From the NCBI GenBank assembly GCA_025998675.1, contig AP024673.1, positions 1,990,562-2,054,561 of the forward strand: a DNA stretch of 64,000 nucleotides. The letters are read 5' to 3'. Both the position numbers and the translations under genes were made by a program. The notes beneath the pieces are model-generated. The model worked only from the letters and a program-made list of their open reading frames with translations, had not been told where the DNA came from and did not search any database. Positions within the stretch are counted from its first letter, which is position 1. The number at the start of each line of letters is the position of its first letter. Shown piece by piece: positions 29,526 through 39,575 of this stretch. This stretch comes from Fimbriimonadales bacterium (GTDB lineage Bacteria > Armatimonadota > Fimbriimonadia > Fimbriimonadales > GBS-DC).

Positions 29526-30689
29526 CTACCGCACGCCCAGCAGCAGCTCCATCGTGAGCTGGTCAAGCCGTTCGTACTGGTAGCCCTGCGCGCCCAGCGC
29601 CGCGCGGTCGAAGGCGTGCGCTTTCAGCCACGCCGCGTTCTCCCGCGAGTAGCGCATCCGCTCCTGCAGCTCGACATCCCACCGCCGAATCTGCGCCAGC
29701 AGCTCCTGAATCTCAGGATCCTGATTGAACCGCTCCGCCTTCTCCTTGAGAATCAGGTAGGTGCGCATACAGCCCCGCGCGAACGCCCACACGCCCTCCT
29801 CGTCTTCGGTGCGGTAGGCGTGCGCGTCAAAATGGCGCGGTCCGTCGTAGCCGTTGTCTTCCAGCAGCTTCACCAGGAAAAACGCGCCCTTGATGTCCTC
29901 TGCGCCGAAGCGGAAGTCCTGATCGTAGCGCGTGAGTTTCTGCGCGTTCAGGTCGATATGGAACAGCTTGCCCCGCTCGATGGCTTGCGCGACGGCGTGC
30001 GTGAAGTTCAGCCCCGCCATGTGTTCGTGCGCCACTTCGGGGTTCACGCCGCACATGCTGGGGTCGTCCAGCGTCTCGATGAACGCCAGCATCGCGCCGA
30101 CAGTGGGCAAAAAGATGTCGCCGCGCGGCTCGTTGGGCTTCGGCTCCAGCGCGAACTTGAGGCGGTAGCCCTGCTCTTTCACATAGTGAATCAGGAAGTT
30201 CATGCACTCGCGGTACCACTGCAGCGCCTGCACGGGGTCTTTGGCGGCGTCGGTTTCTGTGCCCTCGCGCCCGCCCCAGAACACATAAATCTCCGCGCCC
30301 AGCTCGACGGCGAGGTCGATGGCGTGCATCGATTTCTGCAGGGCGTAGGCGCGCACGCGCGGGTCGTTGCTGGTGAACGCGCCGTCTTTGAAGGCAGGGT
30401 CCGAAAACAGGTTGGTCGTGCCCATCACCAGGCGCATGTTGTGGTCGTCGAGGGCTTGCTTGAACTCGCGCACGATTCGGTCGCGTTCGGCGGGCGTCGC
30501 GTCGATGGGCACGAGGTCGTTGTCGTGCAGGTTCACGCCCCACGCGCCCAGCTCCGCCAGCTTCTGCACGATGCGCGTTGGGGGAATGCGCGGGCGCACC
30601 GGCTCGCCAAACGGGTCGCGCCCGATATTGCCCACTGTCCACAGCCCAAAAGTGAACTTATGCTCTGGCTTCGGCGTGTAGTCTCCCAT
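29526..30689 (-). CDS. xylA: xylose isomerase (class I, ~388 aa)
   Basis: '[23 protein letters not shown]', 'FHDNDL', 'VFWGGREG' signatures; GAGGAGG RBS. Confidence 0.93.
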   Translation of the reverse strand: MGDYTPKPEHKFTFGLWTVGNIGRDPFGEPVRPRIPPTRIVQKLAELGAWGVNLHDNDLVPIDATPAERDRIVREFKQALDDHNMRLVMGTTNLFSDPAFKDGAFTSNDPRVRAYALQKSMHAIDLAVELGAEIYVFWGGREGTETDAAKDPVQALQWYRECMNFLIHYVKEQGYRLKFALEPKPNEPRGDIFLPTVGAMLAFIETLDDPSMCGVNPEVAHEHMAGLNFTHAVAQAIERGKLFHIDLNAQKLTRYDQDFRFGAEDIKGAFFLVKLLEDNGYDGPRHFDAHAYRTEDEEGVWAFARGCMRTYLILKEKAERFNQDPEIQELLAQIRRWDVELQERMRYSRENAAWLKAHAFDRAALGAQGYQYERLDQLTMELLLGVR

Positions 30690-31040
30690 GGGATGCCTCC
30701 TCGCAAGGGCATGCTTCACTCCATGCGGCGCGACTCCTGCTGCAATCCTTACGAGGTACGCTGTACGGTTACAACGCGACTAATTGCCCACTGAGAAGCG
30801 ATATAAAAAAGCAGACAAACAACATAGTGGACGAGATGCTTGTGTCCAACGGCTAAAGCTATTCGTTCGCAAAGAATGGGAGCGCCAGTCAACAAGACTC
30901 AGAAAGTCGTCTTTTCTACAGGTAGAGTGCAAGAAACCTATCCCTTCAAGAACCTCACGGATGGATACGATTGGCGAACACTGACTGCGTAATTGGTATA
31001 CAGGCTACCCACCACACACAGGTTCGCCTGTAGGCAGGCA

Positions 31041-31070
31041 GGGGGCGCAGACGGTTGAGTCTGCGCCCCC
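31041..31070 (-). terminator. strong GC hairpin GGGGGCGCAGAC-ggttga-GTCTGCGCCCCC downstream of the flotillin gene
   Basis: Perfect 12-bp stem 13 nt after the stop codon; no U-tract. Confidence 0.35.
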
Positions 31071-31082
31071 GATAGGCAGTGT

Positions 31083-32918
31083 CTACTCACCCTTCTGGTC
31101 GACAGGTTGGGCGGCGTCGGTCTGCGCCTGCATGCGCCCCGCGCCGATGCGCTGGGCGATGCTCATCAGTTGCTGCGCCATCTCGCCGAGCTTGCCGTTC
31201 CCGTCGCCGACGGCTTGTAGCCCCGACAGCGCGCCGTCGATCGCCATGCCCAGCCCCAGCCCACGGGCGTACTGCTCGGTCATGCGGGCGAGCGTTTCGG
31301 GGTCGCCGAAGATGTTCATCGTGCCGCGGCTCATGAACTCGCCGATCGCGCGCGCCAGCTCGACCTGCACATCGCGCTGCGCCTCGATGCGGAACTTTTC
31401 GAGTTCGAACTTGAGCGCGGCTTCGCTGTAGGTCTGACGATACTCCAGCGCCTGGCGTTCGACCTCCACACGGGCGCGTTCGACCTCGACCTGCTCGCGG
31501 GCGATGTTCACATCGACCATCTTGACGGCGGTCTCGCCGCGGGCGACCTGTTCGCGGGCTTTGGCTTCGGCTTCGGCGCGGGTAAGAATCGCTTGCGCCT
31601 CCAGCTCCGCCGCCTGCTTCTGCGCTTCGGCTTGTTTCACCTCCGCGAAGGCGTTGACCTGCACATCGGTCTCGCGCTTGATGCGCTCCTGCTCAATCTG
31701 CTGTTTGGCGGCGATGAGCTTGGACTGCGCCTCGCGTTCGGCGGCGGCGATTTGCTCGACGGTAATCACCTGCTGCTTGGCGCGTTCGCGCTCCGCCTGC
31801 GCCTCCAGGGCTTGCTTTTCGGCTTCGGCGCGCTGGCGCTCCGCTTCGGCGACGGCAATCTCCTTCTCGCGTTGCGCCAGCTCAACGGCTTTCTCGCGGT
31901 CGATGTCCGTCTTCTGCAGCTCCTGCTGGCGCAGTAGCAGCAGGCGGTCGCGTTCGATGGCGGCGACGCGCACGGCTTGCTCCTGTTGAATCTGCGCTTC
32001 CTGCACCTGGCGTTGCTGCTCGATTTTGTAGGTGTCCGCCTCGCGCTGCTTCTCGGCTTGCACTTTGGCGACTTCGGCTTGCTGGGCGGCTTCCGCCTCC
32101 GCGCGCTGACGCTCCAGCTCCAGAATCTCCTTCTGGGTCTCCACATTTTTGAGCGTGATTTCGCGGCGCGCCTCCTGTTCGAGGCGGTTGCGCTCCACCA
32201 GCGCGGCTTGCGTAATCTCGGTGATTTTGCGCTTGCCCTGCGCGTCGAAGATGTTGTTGTCTGAGAGCAGCTCCTGCGAGGTCTGATCCAGGCGCGAGAT
32301 GGTCACCGACTCCAGCGTCAGCCCGTTTTGTTCGAGGTCGGAGCGCACCAGTTGCTGCACGCCGCTGGCGAAGGCGTCGCGCTGGGCGTGAATCTCCACC
32401 AGGTCTTTGGTCGCCGCCACGCTGCGCAGCGCGGAGACGAGCTTCTCGAACACGAGTTGCGAGACGGACTGCGCGTTGACCGATTTGTCGCCGAGCGAGC
32501 GCGCGGCGTTCAGGATGGCGTCCACTTCGGGCTGCACCTTGATGTAGAACTCGGCTTTCACATCCACGCGCAGGTTGTCGCGGGTAATGAGCGCGTCGGG
32601 TCCCTTGCGCTCGACTTCGAGTTTCATGGTCTCCAGCGAGACGGGCACGAGGGTATGCAGGTACGGGAACACCAGCGCGCCGCCGTCCAGCACGACGCGT
32701 CGTCCCCCGAACCCCGTGCGCACATACGCCATATTCGCGGACGGGCGCACATAGAACTTGGAAATCATCAGGAAGATGAACCCCATCACCAGCAGCACGG
32801 CGCCCATCGCCAGCGAGACCAGTTGCTGGATGGGTCCCCATGCGTTGCCAAGCACGCTGCCGCCAAAGCCTGCGAGCAGCATCAACGCCAAGCCAATCAG
32901 TATGAACCAGCTATGCAT
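31083..32918 (-). CDS. flotillin-like SPFH/band-7 protein (YqiK/FloA-like) with long EA-rich coiled coil
   Basis: N-terminal TMs; SPFH domain 'VRTGFGGRRVVLDGGALVFPYLHTLVPVSLETMKLEV'; ~200 aa of 'EAERQRAEAEKQALEAQAERERAKQ' repeats; 611 aa. Confidence 0.85.
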   Translation of the reverse strand: MHSWFILIGLALMLLAGFGGSVLGNAWGPIQQLVSLAMGAVLLVMGFIFLMISKFYVRPSANMAYVRTGFGGRRVVLDGGALVFPYLHTLVPVSLETMKLEVERKGPDALITRDNLRVDVKAEFYIKVQPEVDAILNAARSLGDKSVNAQSVSQLVFEKLVSALRSVAATKDLVEIHAQRDAFASGVQQLVRSDLEQNGLTLESVTISRLDQTSQELLSDNNIFDAQGKRKITEITQAALVERNRLEQEARREITLKNVETQKEILELERQRAEAEAAQQAEVAKVQAEKQREADTYKIEQQRQVQEAQIQQEQAVRVAAIERDRLLLLRQQELQKTDIDREKAVELAQREKEIAVAEAERQRAEAEKQALEAQAERERAKQQVITVEQIAAAEREAQSKLIAAKQQIEQERIKRETDVQVNAFAEVKQAEAQKQAAELEAQAILTRAEAEAKAREQVARGETAVKMVDVNIAREQVEVERARVEVERQALEYRQTYSEAALKFELEKFRIEAQRDVQVELARAIGEFMSRGTMNIFGDPETLARMTEQYARGLGLGMAIDGALSGLQAVGDGNGKLGEMAQQLMSIAQRIGAGRMQAQTDAAQPVDQKGE

Positions 32919-32933
32919 CGTCTCTCCTCCGAC

Positions 32934-33740
32934 TTAAGCTTGTCCCCCGAGTGTTTGATGGTGCGCTGAGGAGTGTACCTCAGTCGAATCGTCGGGCAGT
33001 TCGAGCGGGTTGCGCTCCACCCAGTAGAGGTGGGTCTGCTCGTCGTAGCGGGCGACGAGGATGGGTGTATCGGCGGGGATGGTGGGTTCGCCCGGCGCGG
33101 CGCGGCACACGATTCGGTGCAGGTTGCCGTGTCGGTCGCGCACATGGGCGACTCCGCCTTCCGCGGTGATTTCGTACACGGCGCGCCCCGTACTGCCGAT
33201 GAGTCCGTACTTGTCGACGACGGCGGGCGCCTCGTCGCGCAGCACGCGCCGAATGAGAAGCCCTGCGGTGCGTCCCGTGAGCGCCATCGTAAAGAGCGCT
33301 GCGCCCGCCGAGAGCGGCATAAACAACGCGGGTATTTGCAGCAGCGGCTCCAGCAGGCGGTTGCCAATCAGCCCCACCGCGCCCCACAGCATCATCAGCA
33401 GCGGGACGCCCATCGACAGGGGCAGTCCCATGCCGATTCCGAACAGGTTCAACGCCTTAAGCCAGAGCGGTTTCTCGGCGTCGGCGTGGTCGTCGTGGCT
33501 GGTGAGGTGCGTCTTGGCGACTGTGTGCCCGTCGCTGTCCGTCGCATGGTCAGCGTCCGCCGCGTCGCCGTGCAGTTCCCCCGCATGGTCGACCTCGGCG
33601 TCCGCATGGTCGGAATCGCCCTCCTCGCCGCCGAGGTCAATCAGTCCCGACAGCGCCAGCCCGACCAGCAACACGCCTCCCACCGCCAGGGGCAGCGCAA
33701 AGACGAAGTTCCACCACTCCAGCAATGTCGCCAACGACAT
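32934..33740 (-). CDS. NfeD-like (YqiJ-like) membrane protein with C-terminal OB-fold, flotillin partner
   Basis: Start at 'MSLATLLEWW' with TM helices; His/Asp-rich linker; C-terminal 'GSTGRAVYEITAEGGVAHVRDRHGNLHRIVCRA' OB-fold-like; immediately upstream of the flotillin gene. Confidence 0.6.
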   Translation of the reverse strand: MSLATLLEWWNFVFALPLAVGGVLLVGLALSGLIDLGGEEGDSDHADAEVDHAGELHGDAADADHATDSDGHTVAKTHLTSHDDHADAEKPLWLKALNLFGIGMGLPLSMGVPLLMMLWGAVGLIGNRLLEPLLQIPALFMPLSAGAALFTMALTGRTAGLLIRRVLRDEAPAVVDKYGLIGSTGRAVYEITAEGGVAHVRDRHGNLHRIVCRAAPGEPTIPADTPILVARYDEQTHLYWVERNPLELPDDSTEVHSSAHHQTLGGQA

Positions 33741-33823
33741 CCCCGTCTCCCATTCTATTATACTGAATTTTCGGGGGCAATTACGCCCGCGAGTATGGAA
33801 TATCCCTGCTGGAGGCGGAGACG

Positions 33824-34669
33824 ATGGAACTGAGCGCACTGGCAATTCGGGTGGCGCGTACGCCGGGGCTGGGGATGTTGCCCCAGGTAACCAGTCAGGT
33901 GCTGCGGCTGGTGGATAATCCGAACGCCTCGCCGCGGCAGATAGGCGCGCTGATTGAGCGCGACGCGGGGTTGGCGTCCAAACTGCTCAAGAGCGCGAAC
34001 AGCGCGTATTACGGCGCACCGGGCAAAATCAAGACCGTCTCGCAGGCGATTTCGGTGATGGGACTGTCCGCCGTGCGCTCCGTCGTGGTCGGACAGGCAT
34101 ATCAGCAGATGACCTCCGTGCGTGGGGCGTCCAAACGGTTCGATCGGCTGGCGTTCTGGCAGCATTCGCTGGCGACGGCGACCGCCGCGCGCGTGCTGGC
34201 GAAGCTCAAAGGCTGGCGCGACCCCGAAGAGGCGTTCCTCGCAGGCTTGCTCCATGACGCAGGTAGGCTGGTGATCGATCGGTTCCTGCCCAACGAGCTG
34301 GATCAGATTCTCAACCTTTCAGTGGAGCGCGTGATTCCCCTGCGCGACGCCGAGCGCGAGGTGCTGGGCTACACGCATGTGGAGGTGGGCGACTTGTTGG
34401 GCGAGCAGTGGAACCTGCCAGAGGGCATGCGCACGCCCCTGCGCCGCCACCATGAGGATGTGAGCTACGACGAGTGCCCCCTCGGATGCCTGATTCACGC
34501 GGCGAATGTGCTGGCGCATCAGGCGGGGTTCGCACTGGGCGCGCCCGTACTCTATGAGCTACCCCCCGTCGTCAAGCAGTCGCTGGGCATCCCAGACGCG
34601 CAGTACGAAGGGTTGAAGCAAGCGATTGTGCAGGAAGTCGTGCGCGTGCAGGAAGCGCTTCGCATCTGA
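33824..34669 (+). CDS. HDOD domain signalling protein
   Basis: 'LPQVTSQVLRLVDNPNASPRQIGALIERDAGLASKLLKSANSAYYG' and 'LLHDAGRLV' HDOD signatures. Confidence 0.8.
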   Translation: MELSALAIRVARTPGLGMLPQVTSQVLRLVDNPNASPRQIGALIERDAGLASKLLKSANSAYYGAPGKIKTVSQAISVMGLSAVRSVVVGQAYQQMTSVRGASKRFDRLAFWQHSLATATAARVLAKLKGWRDPEEAFLAGLLHDAGRLVIDRFLPNELDQILNLSVERVIPLRDAEREVLGYTHVEVGDLLGEQWNLPEGMRTPLRRHHEDVSYDECPLGCLIHAANVLAHQAGFALGAPVLYELPPVVKQSLGIPDAQYEGLKQAIVQEVVRVQEALRI

Positions 34670-34702
34670 GGGATAATCGTCTCAGGTGAGCGTGTGGCGA
34701 AC

Positions 34703-34941
34703 CCGTTTCCGGGCATGAACCCATCCCTCGAAGACCGCGCGCGTGGAGCGATTTCCACTACAGTGTGATTACTTACATGCGCACCGCGCCGCAACCGCAG
34801 TTGCGCCCGCGTTATGTGGCGCGCGTGGAAAAGCGCGTCTACCTTGAGTTCGTTGCGCGTGAAATTGTGCCCGATGTCGCCCTGCTGCGCCGTGTACCCC
34901 CTCAGCCCGAAACAGGCGTCGCCGTGCTGGAGCGCACTTAA
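34703..34941 (+). pseudogene. DUF4058-family gene remnant (frameshifted and truncated)
   Basis: 'PFPGMNPSLE' (family N-terminal hallmark PFPGMDPYLE) in one frame, then 'PQPQLRPRYVARVEKRVYLEF...' in another frame ending at a stop after 54 codons. Intact family members are ~250 aa. Confidence 0.5.
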
Positions 34942-35096
34942 GATACCTCTGTAATCCTTGACTTTGACTGGAGCAACTCTACGAAGTCGCGGAGCAGGCA
35001 GCGTGGCTCACGGTGAGCATAGAAACACAGGAGATTTGTCCAGCGCGCTGAAACGCGCCATTCCCTGTATAGAATGAGGGTACAATTCCTTCCGCC

Positions 35097-36185
35097 ATGA
35101 ACGCTGGAAGTGAAGTGATTCGCGCCCCTGCCGAGACGCGCTGCCGCGAGGAGCTGGCGCGACTGCAGGCATGGGATACCTTCCCCAGACCGACAGGCTG
35201 GAGGCTCTCCCCGCGCGCTGTCGAGAAATTCCTGATGGGCGACCCTGAACTGAACATCCGCCCCAAGTACATTGGTGACCGCGACCGCATGCAGGTCGCC
35301 ATCGCCACGCTCGCCAGCGATCGCGCCCTGCTGCTGGTCGGCGAACCGGGCACTGCCAAGTCGTGGGTGTCGGAACACCTGAGCGCAGCGATTTGCGGCG
35401 ACTCGCAACTCACCGTGCAGGGCACGGCAGGCACGACGGAAGACCAGATTAAGTATTCCTGGAACTACGCGCTGCTGATGGCGGAAGGTCCCAGCGACCG
35501 TTCGCTTGTGCCCAGCCCTGTGCTGACCGCCATGCGCGAGGGGCGCATCGCGCGAATTGAGGAGATTACCCGTTGTGCCTCCGAAGTGCAGGATGCGCTG
35601 ATTTCGATCCTGTCGGAGAAAGCCATCGCCATCCCTGAACTGGAGCGCATCGAGTACGCCCGTCGCGGGTTCAGCATCATTGCAACTGCCAACACGCGTG
35701 ACAGGGGCGTGAACGAGATGTCATCCGCTCTTAAGCGGCGTTTCAACTTCGTGGAGCTGCCCGTGCTGAGCGACCTGCAGCAGGAGATGGCGGTCGTGCG
35801 CCAGCGCACGCAGGAGATGCTCGCCGACCATGCGGTGCAGGCAGACCTGCCCGACGAACTCATCGAAACACTGGTGACGGTGTTTCAAGAGCTACGGCAG
35901 GGGCAGACGCTGGACGGCGAGCAGAAGGTCAAGCCGCCCTCGACGGTAATGAGTACCGCCGAGGCGGTCAGCGTGCTGTTTGGCGGCTGCCTGCTGGCGA
36001 TGCACTTCGGCGAGGGCGTTGTGAACGGGCAGCATGTGATGCGCCTGCTGGTGGGCGCGGTTGCCAAAGAGGACAAGAGCGACCTCGAGGCGCTCACCGA
36101 GTACCTCGAAACGGTCGCCCAGAAGCGCGAGGGGCAGGTATGGCGCGAGCTGCAGGAGACGCGGCGCTGGCTGAAGTCGCTGTAG
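35097..36185 (+). CDS. AAA+ ATPase, MoxR/AAA_5-like
   Basis: Walker A 'LLLVGEPGTAKS', Walker B 'IARIEEI', sensor 'IATANTRDRGVNEMSSALKRRF'; 362 aa. Confidence 0.75.
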   Translation: MNAGSEVIRAPAETRCREELARLQAWDTFPRPTGWRLSPRAVEKFLMGDPELNIRPKYIGDRDRMQVAIATLASDRALLLVGEPGTAKSWVSEHLSAAICGDSQLTVQGTAGTTEDQIKYSWNYALLMAEGPSDRSLVPSPVLTAMREGRIARIEEITRCASEVQDALISILSEKAIAIPELERIEYARRGFSIIATANTRDRGVNEMSSALKRRFNFVELPVLSDLQQEMAVVRQRTQEMLADHAVQADLPDELIETLVTVFQELRQGQTLDGEQKVKPPSTVMSTAEAVSVLFGGCLLAMHFGEGVVNGQHVMRLLVGAVAKEDKSDLEALTEYLETVAQKREGQVWRELQETRRWLKSL

Positions 36186-38455
36186 GGACGCCCACCGTGC
36201 GCATTCGCGGGGTGCATGTGGTTCCTGTGCGCCATCACTCGCCCGCGATTGCCCGCACGGTGCAGGCGGTGCTGGAATCGGTGCGCCCGCAGTTGGTCTT
36301 GATTGAGGGTCCCAGCGACGCGAATCACCTGATAAATGCGCTGACCGCGCCCGACGCCGTGGCGCCGCTGGCGCTGCTGGCGTACCGTCCGCCTGAGGTC
36401 GCGCAGGCGACCGCCGACGCTGCGCCGCAGGTGGCGTTCTACCCCTTCTGCGACTATTCGCCCGAGCTGGCAGCGCTCCGTGTGGCGCGGCGATTGGGAA
36501 TCGAGGCGCGGTTCTGCGATATCCCCGCCAGCGCAACGCTGGAGATGCGCGAAGAGTCGCCCGGAACGCCCGAAGACGCCCCTGATGCGCTCGACCCTGT
36601 GAGCCGCCTGTACGACGCCGTCGCCCAGCGGATGGGTTTTCAGAGCCATGAGGAGTGGTGGGAGTGCCTGTTCGAGAGTTGCCTGCGCGACCCCGCGCGA
36701 CTGCTGCAGATGACGCAGGAGTGGGGCGCGCTGGTGGTGGCGGCGAGCGGTATCAGCGAGTACGACGCCCTGCGCAACGCCTATATGTGGCGTCATGTGG
36801 AGCAGGCGGACGCGCCGCCCGACGCGATTGTGCTGGTGGTGGGCGCGGCGCACGCGGCGGCGTTCGCGCAGCCCGACTTCCGCGCCGAGTACGACCCCCA
36901 GCACCCGCTGCTGCAGGCGCGCCCCGCCGAGTTCCTGATTACGCCCTACTCGTTCCCGCGCCTGTCGGAGCAGCTGGGCTACGGCGCGGGCAACCGCGCG
37001 CCCCAGTTCTATCAGGATGCGTGGGAGCTGGGCGGGCTGGAACACGCGACGCTGGCGACGCTGACCCGACTGGTGAACGCGATGAAGCTGCAGGGCGATG
37101 TCGCCTCACACGCCGACGCCATCGAAGCGTTCCGGCTGGCACAGCAGCTGGCGCGGATGCGCGGCAAGCCCGAACCGGGCTACGCCGAGACTATCGACGC
37201 CGCGATTGCCGCCTTCGGGCGTGGGCAAGCCGAGCGCGTGCAAACGCCCCTCAAACGCCTGATGATTGGCGAGCGCGTCGGCAGCGCGCCCCCCTCCGCC
37301 GTGCAGCCCCCCATTCAAGCCGAGTTCTACCGCCTTGCGCGCGACCTGCGCATCCCCGTCAAGGACGACCCGTCTGACCTGCGCCTGAACCTCGCCGAGC
37401 CGCACGCCGTGCAACAGTCCATCTTCCTGCACCGGCTTGCCGTCGCGAAAATCCCGTTCGCCGACCTGCAGTCCAGCGAGGCGGCAACCTACCAGCAACT
37501 GGCGCGCCTGCAGGAGAAGTGGCGGCTGCAGTGGACGCCGCTGACCGACATCGCGCTGGTGGAGGCGACGATATACGGCAACACGCTGCGCGAGGTCGCT
37601 CTCCGCAGGATTGCCCCGCGCCTGCAGCCACGCGAGTCGCTGGCGCAGGTGAGCGCCGCCGCGCTGGAAGCCGTGTTGTGCGAGCTGCCTGAGCTGTACG
37701 ACGAGGCGCTGCAGGCGCTGGAGGAGGCGTCCGTGCGCGACGGCGACTTCACCAGCCTTGCGCGCGCCGCCTACCAGCTCACAGGGCTGATTGAGTACGG
37801 CGCGGCGCGCGCTGTGCAACAGGCGATGTTCGAACCGCTACTACAGCGCATCTACACGCGGGCGCGCCTGCACCTGAACGCCGCCGCCGATTGCGGCGAT
37901 GACGAGGCGCGTGAGGTGGGCGCGGGGATGCAACTGCTGCACGAACTGGCGCACAAGCTGCCCTATCTGAGCGCGGCGTTGTGGCTGGAGAACCTGCGCG
38001 AGACCGCGCTGAGCGAGCGGGCGCACGCCTACATCGTCGGGCTGGGGCTGGGGCTGCTGGGGTTCGTGCGCACGGACGACGACGCGCTCTGGAAACGGGC
38101 GCAGCGGATGCTTTCGCCCGCGACGCCCCCAGAGCAGGCGGCGGCGTTTCTGGAAGGGCTGCTGCAGTCGCAGGGCGGCGCGGCGTCCCGTTCGCGACCG
38201 TTCGTGCAGGCGATGCACGCGTTCGTGATGCGCCTGCCCGACGAGGTGTTCCTGCAGGCGCTGCCGATGTTGCGCCGCGCCTTCAGCAACCTGTCGGGGC
38301 ACGATATTTATTACCTGACTGATACGCTGCTGCGCCTGTCGCAGGACGAGGCGTCGCCCGCGCCCGACGCGCCTGCCGACGCGAGCCTTTCTGCCGAGCA
38401 GGTCGCCGCCGTGTGGGCGCAGCTGGCATGGCTCACCGACACATCCGCGCCTTAG
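36140..38455 (+). CDS. large (~750-770 aa) alpha-helical hypothetical protein co-transcribed with the AAA+ ATPase (possibly DUF5682-like)
   Basis: Overlaps the ATPase gene by 46 nt (alternative GTG at ~36197); no TM, no recognizable catalytic motif. Family assignment is from memory only. Confidence 0.5.
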   Translation: MARAAGDAALAEVAVGTPTVRIRGVHVVPVRHHSPAIARTVQAVLESVRPQLVLIEGPSDANHLINALTAPDAVAPLALLAYRPPEVAQATADAAPQVAFYPFCDYSPELAALRVARRLGIEARFCDIPASATLEMREESPGTPEDAPDALDPVSRLYDAVAQRMGFQSHEEWWECLFESCLRDPARLLQMTQEWGALVVAASGISEYDALRNAYMWRHVEQADAPPDAIVLVVGAAHAAAFAQPDFRAEYDPQHPLLQARPAEFLITPYSFPRLSEQLGYGAGNRAPQFYQDAWELGGLEHATLATLTRLVNAMKLQGDVASHADAIEAFRLAQQLARMRGKPEPGYAETIDAAIAAFGRGQAERVQTPLKRLMIGERVGSAPPSAVQPPIQAEFYRLARDLRIPVKDDPSDLRLNLAEPHAVQQSIFLHRLAVAKIPFADLQSSEAATYQQLARLQEKWRLQWTPLTDIALVEATIYGNTLREVALRRIAPRLQPRESLAQVSAAALEAVLCELPELYDEALQALEEASVRDGDFTSLARAAYQLTGLIEYGAARAVQQAMFEPLLQRIYTRARLHLNAAADCGDDEAREVGAGMQLLHELAHKLPYLSAALWLENLRETALSERAHAYIVGLGLGLLGFVRTDDDALWKRAQRMLSPATPPEQAAAFLEGLLQSQGGAASRSRPFVQAMHAFVMRLPDEVFLQALPMLRRAFSNLSGHDIYYLTDTLLRLSQDEASPAPDAPADASLSAEQVAAVWAQLAWLTDTSAP

Positions 38456-38520
38456 AATTGCGGTGGAATTCCCTGCAGAATCGGCACGGCGGGTACAATA
38501 TCTGTCGGAGGCAACGACCG

Positions 38521-38865
38521 ATGAAGATGCCAAAAATCCCCGGCGGTGGTTCGATGCGCCAGATGATGGAACAAGCGCAGCGCATGATGGAAGAGGCGCA
38601 GCGCTTCGAGGAGGAAATGGACGCTCTGCAGGTGCAGGCGACCGCAGGCGGCGGTGTGGTCAAGGCGACGGTGAATGGCAAGGGCGTGCTGATGGCGCTG
38701 GAGATTGCACCCGATGTGATTGACCCGACCGACCCTGAGATGCTGCAGGACCTCATCGTGAGCGCGGTGCGCGAGGCGCAGACGCAAGCCGAGAACATCC
38801 GCGCGGAGCGCATGAGCCAGCTCACGGGCGGGCTGGGACTGGACAAGCTGGGACTGCCGTTTTAG
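38521..38865 (+). CDS. ybaB: nucleoid-associated protein YbaB/EbfC
   Basis: 'MEEAQRFEEEMDALQVQATAGGGVVKATVNGKGVLMALEIAPDVIDPTDPEMLQDLIVSAVREA'. Confidence 0.9.
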   Translation: MKMPKIPGGGSMRQMMEQAQRMMEEAQRFEEEMDALQVQATAGGGVVKATVNGKGVLMALEIAPDVIDPTDPEMLQDLIVSAVREAQTQAENIRAERMSQLTGGLGLDKLGLPF

Positions 38866-38868
38866 CCG

Positions 38869-39465
38869 ATGCTGTTTCCCCCTGCCCTGCGCCAGCTGAT
38901 GCAACAGCTGGAGCGGTTGCCCGGCGTCGGGGCGCGTTCGGCGCAGCGGCTTGCGCTGTATTTGATTCGCCGCCCCGAAGAGGAGACGCGCCGACTCGCC
39001 GAAAGCCTGATTCTGGCGCGCGAGCGCACCCGCCTGTGTCAACGGTGTTTCTTCCTCAGCGAGGCGGAGCTGTGCGAGCTGTGCAGCGACCCGTCGCGCG
39101 AATCGGAGGTGATTTGTGTCGTCGCCGATCCGCGCGATGTGGTTGCCCTGGAGCGGCTGGAGCAGTATCGCGGGCTGTACCATGTGTTGCACGGGCTGAT
39201 TTCGCCCGCCGAGGGGGTGCAGCCTGAAGACCTCCGATTGCGCGAGCTGGTGGAGCGCGTGCGCGCCGAGACGCCCCGCGAGGTGATTTTAGCGACACCC
39301 GCAAATGTGGAGGGCGATGCAACCGCGCTCTATATCGCCCGCCTGCTCAAGTCGATGGGCGTGCGCGTGACGCGAATCGCCTACGGGATGCCCGTCGGCG
39401 GCGAGCTGGACTACGCCGATGCCGCCACGCTCGGCTACGCCCTTAGCGGCAGACAGGAGATGTAA
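38869..39465 (+). CDS. recR: recombination protein RecR
   Basis: HhH 'LPGVGARSAQRLALYL'; C4 zinc finger 'CQRCFFLSEAELCELC'; Toprim 'VICVVADPRDVVALE'. Confidence 0.95.
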   Translation: MLFPPALRQLMQQLERLPGVGARSAQRLALYLIRRPEEETRRLAESLILARERTRLCQRCFFLSEAELCELCSDPSRESEVICVVADPRDVVALERLEQYRGLYHVLHGLISPAEGVQPEDLRLRELVERVRAETPREVILATPANVEGDATALYIARLLKSMGVRVTRIAYGMPVGGELDYADAATLGYALSGRQEM

Positions 39466-39575
39466 TAGGTACACTTCCGACGGGTGAGAATGGCATGCGA
39501 ACAGTGAAGAGCATCCTCCGTAAAAGCACGAACCGCCATCACAACGAGATAGGGGATAGAGCGTACACTTGTGCT

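Noticed and set aside
29616-30794. 392-aa plus-strand ORF
   Set aside because: Antisense to xylA.
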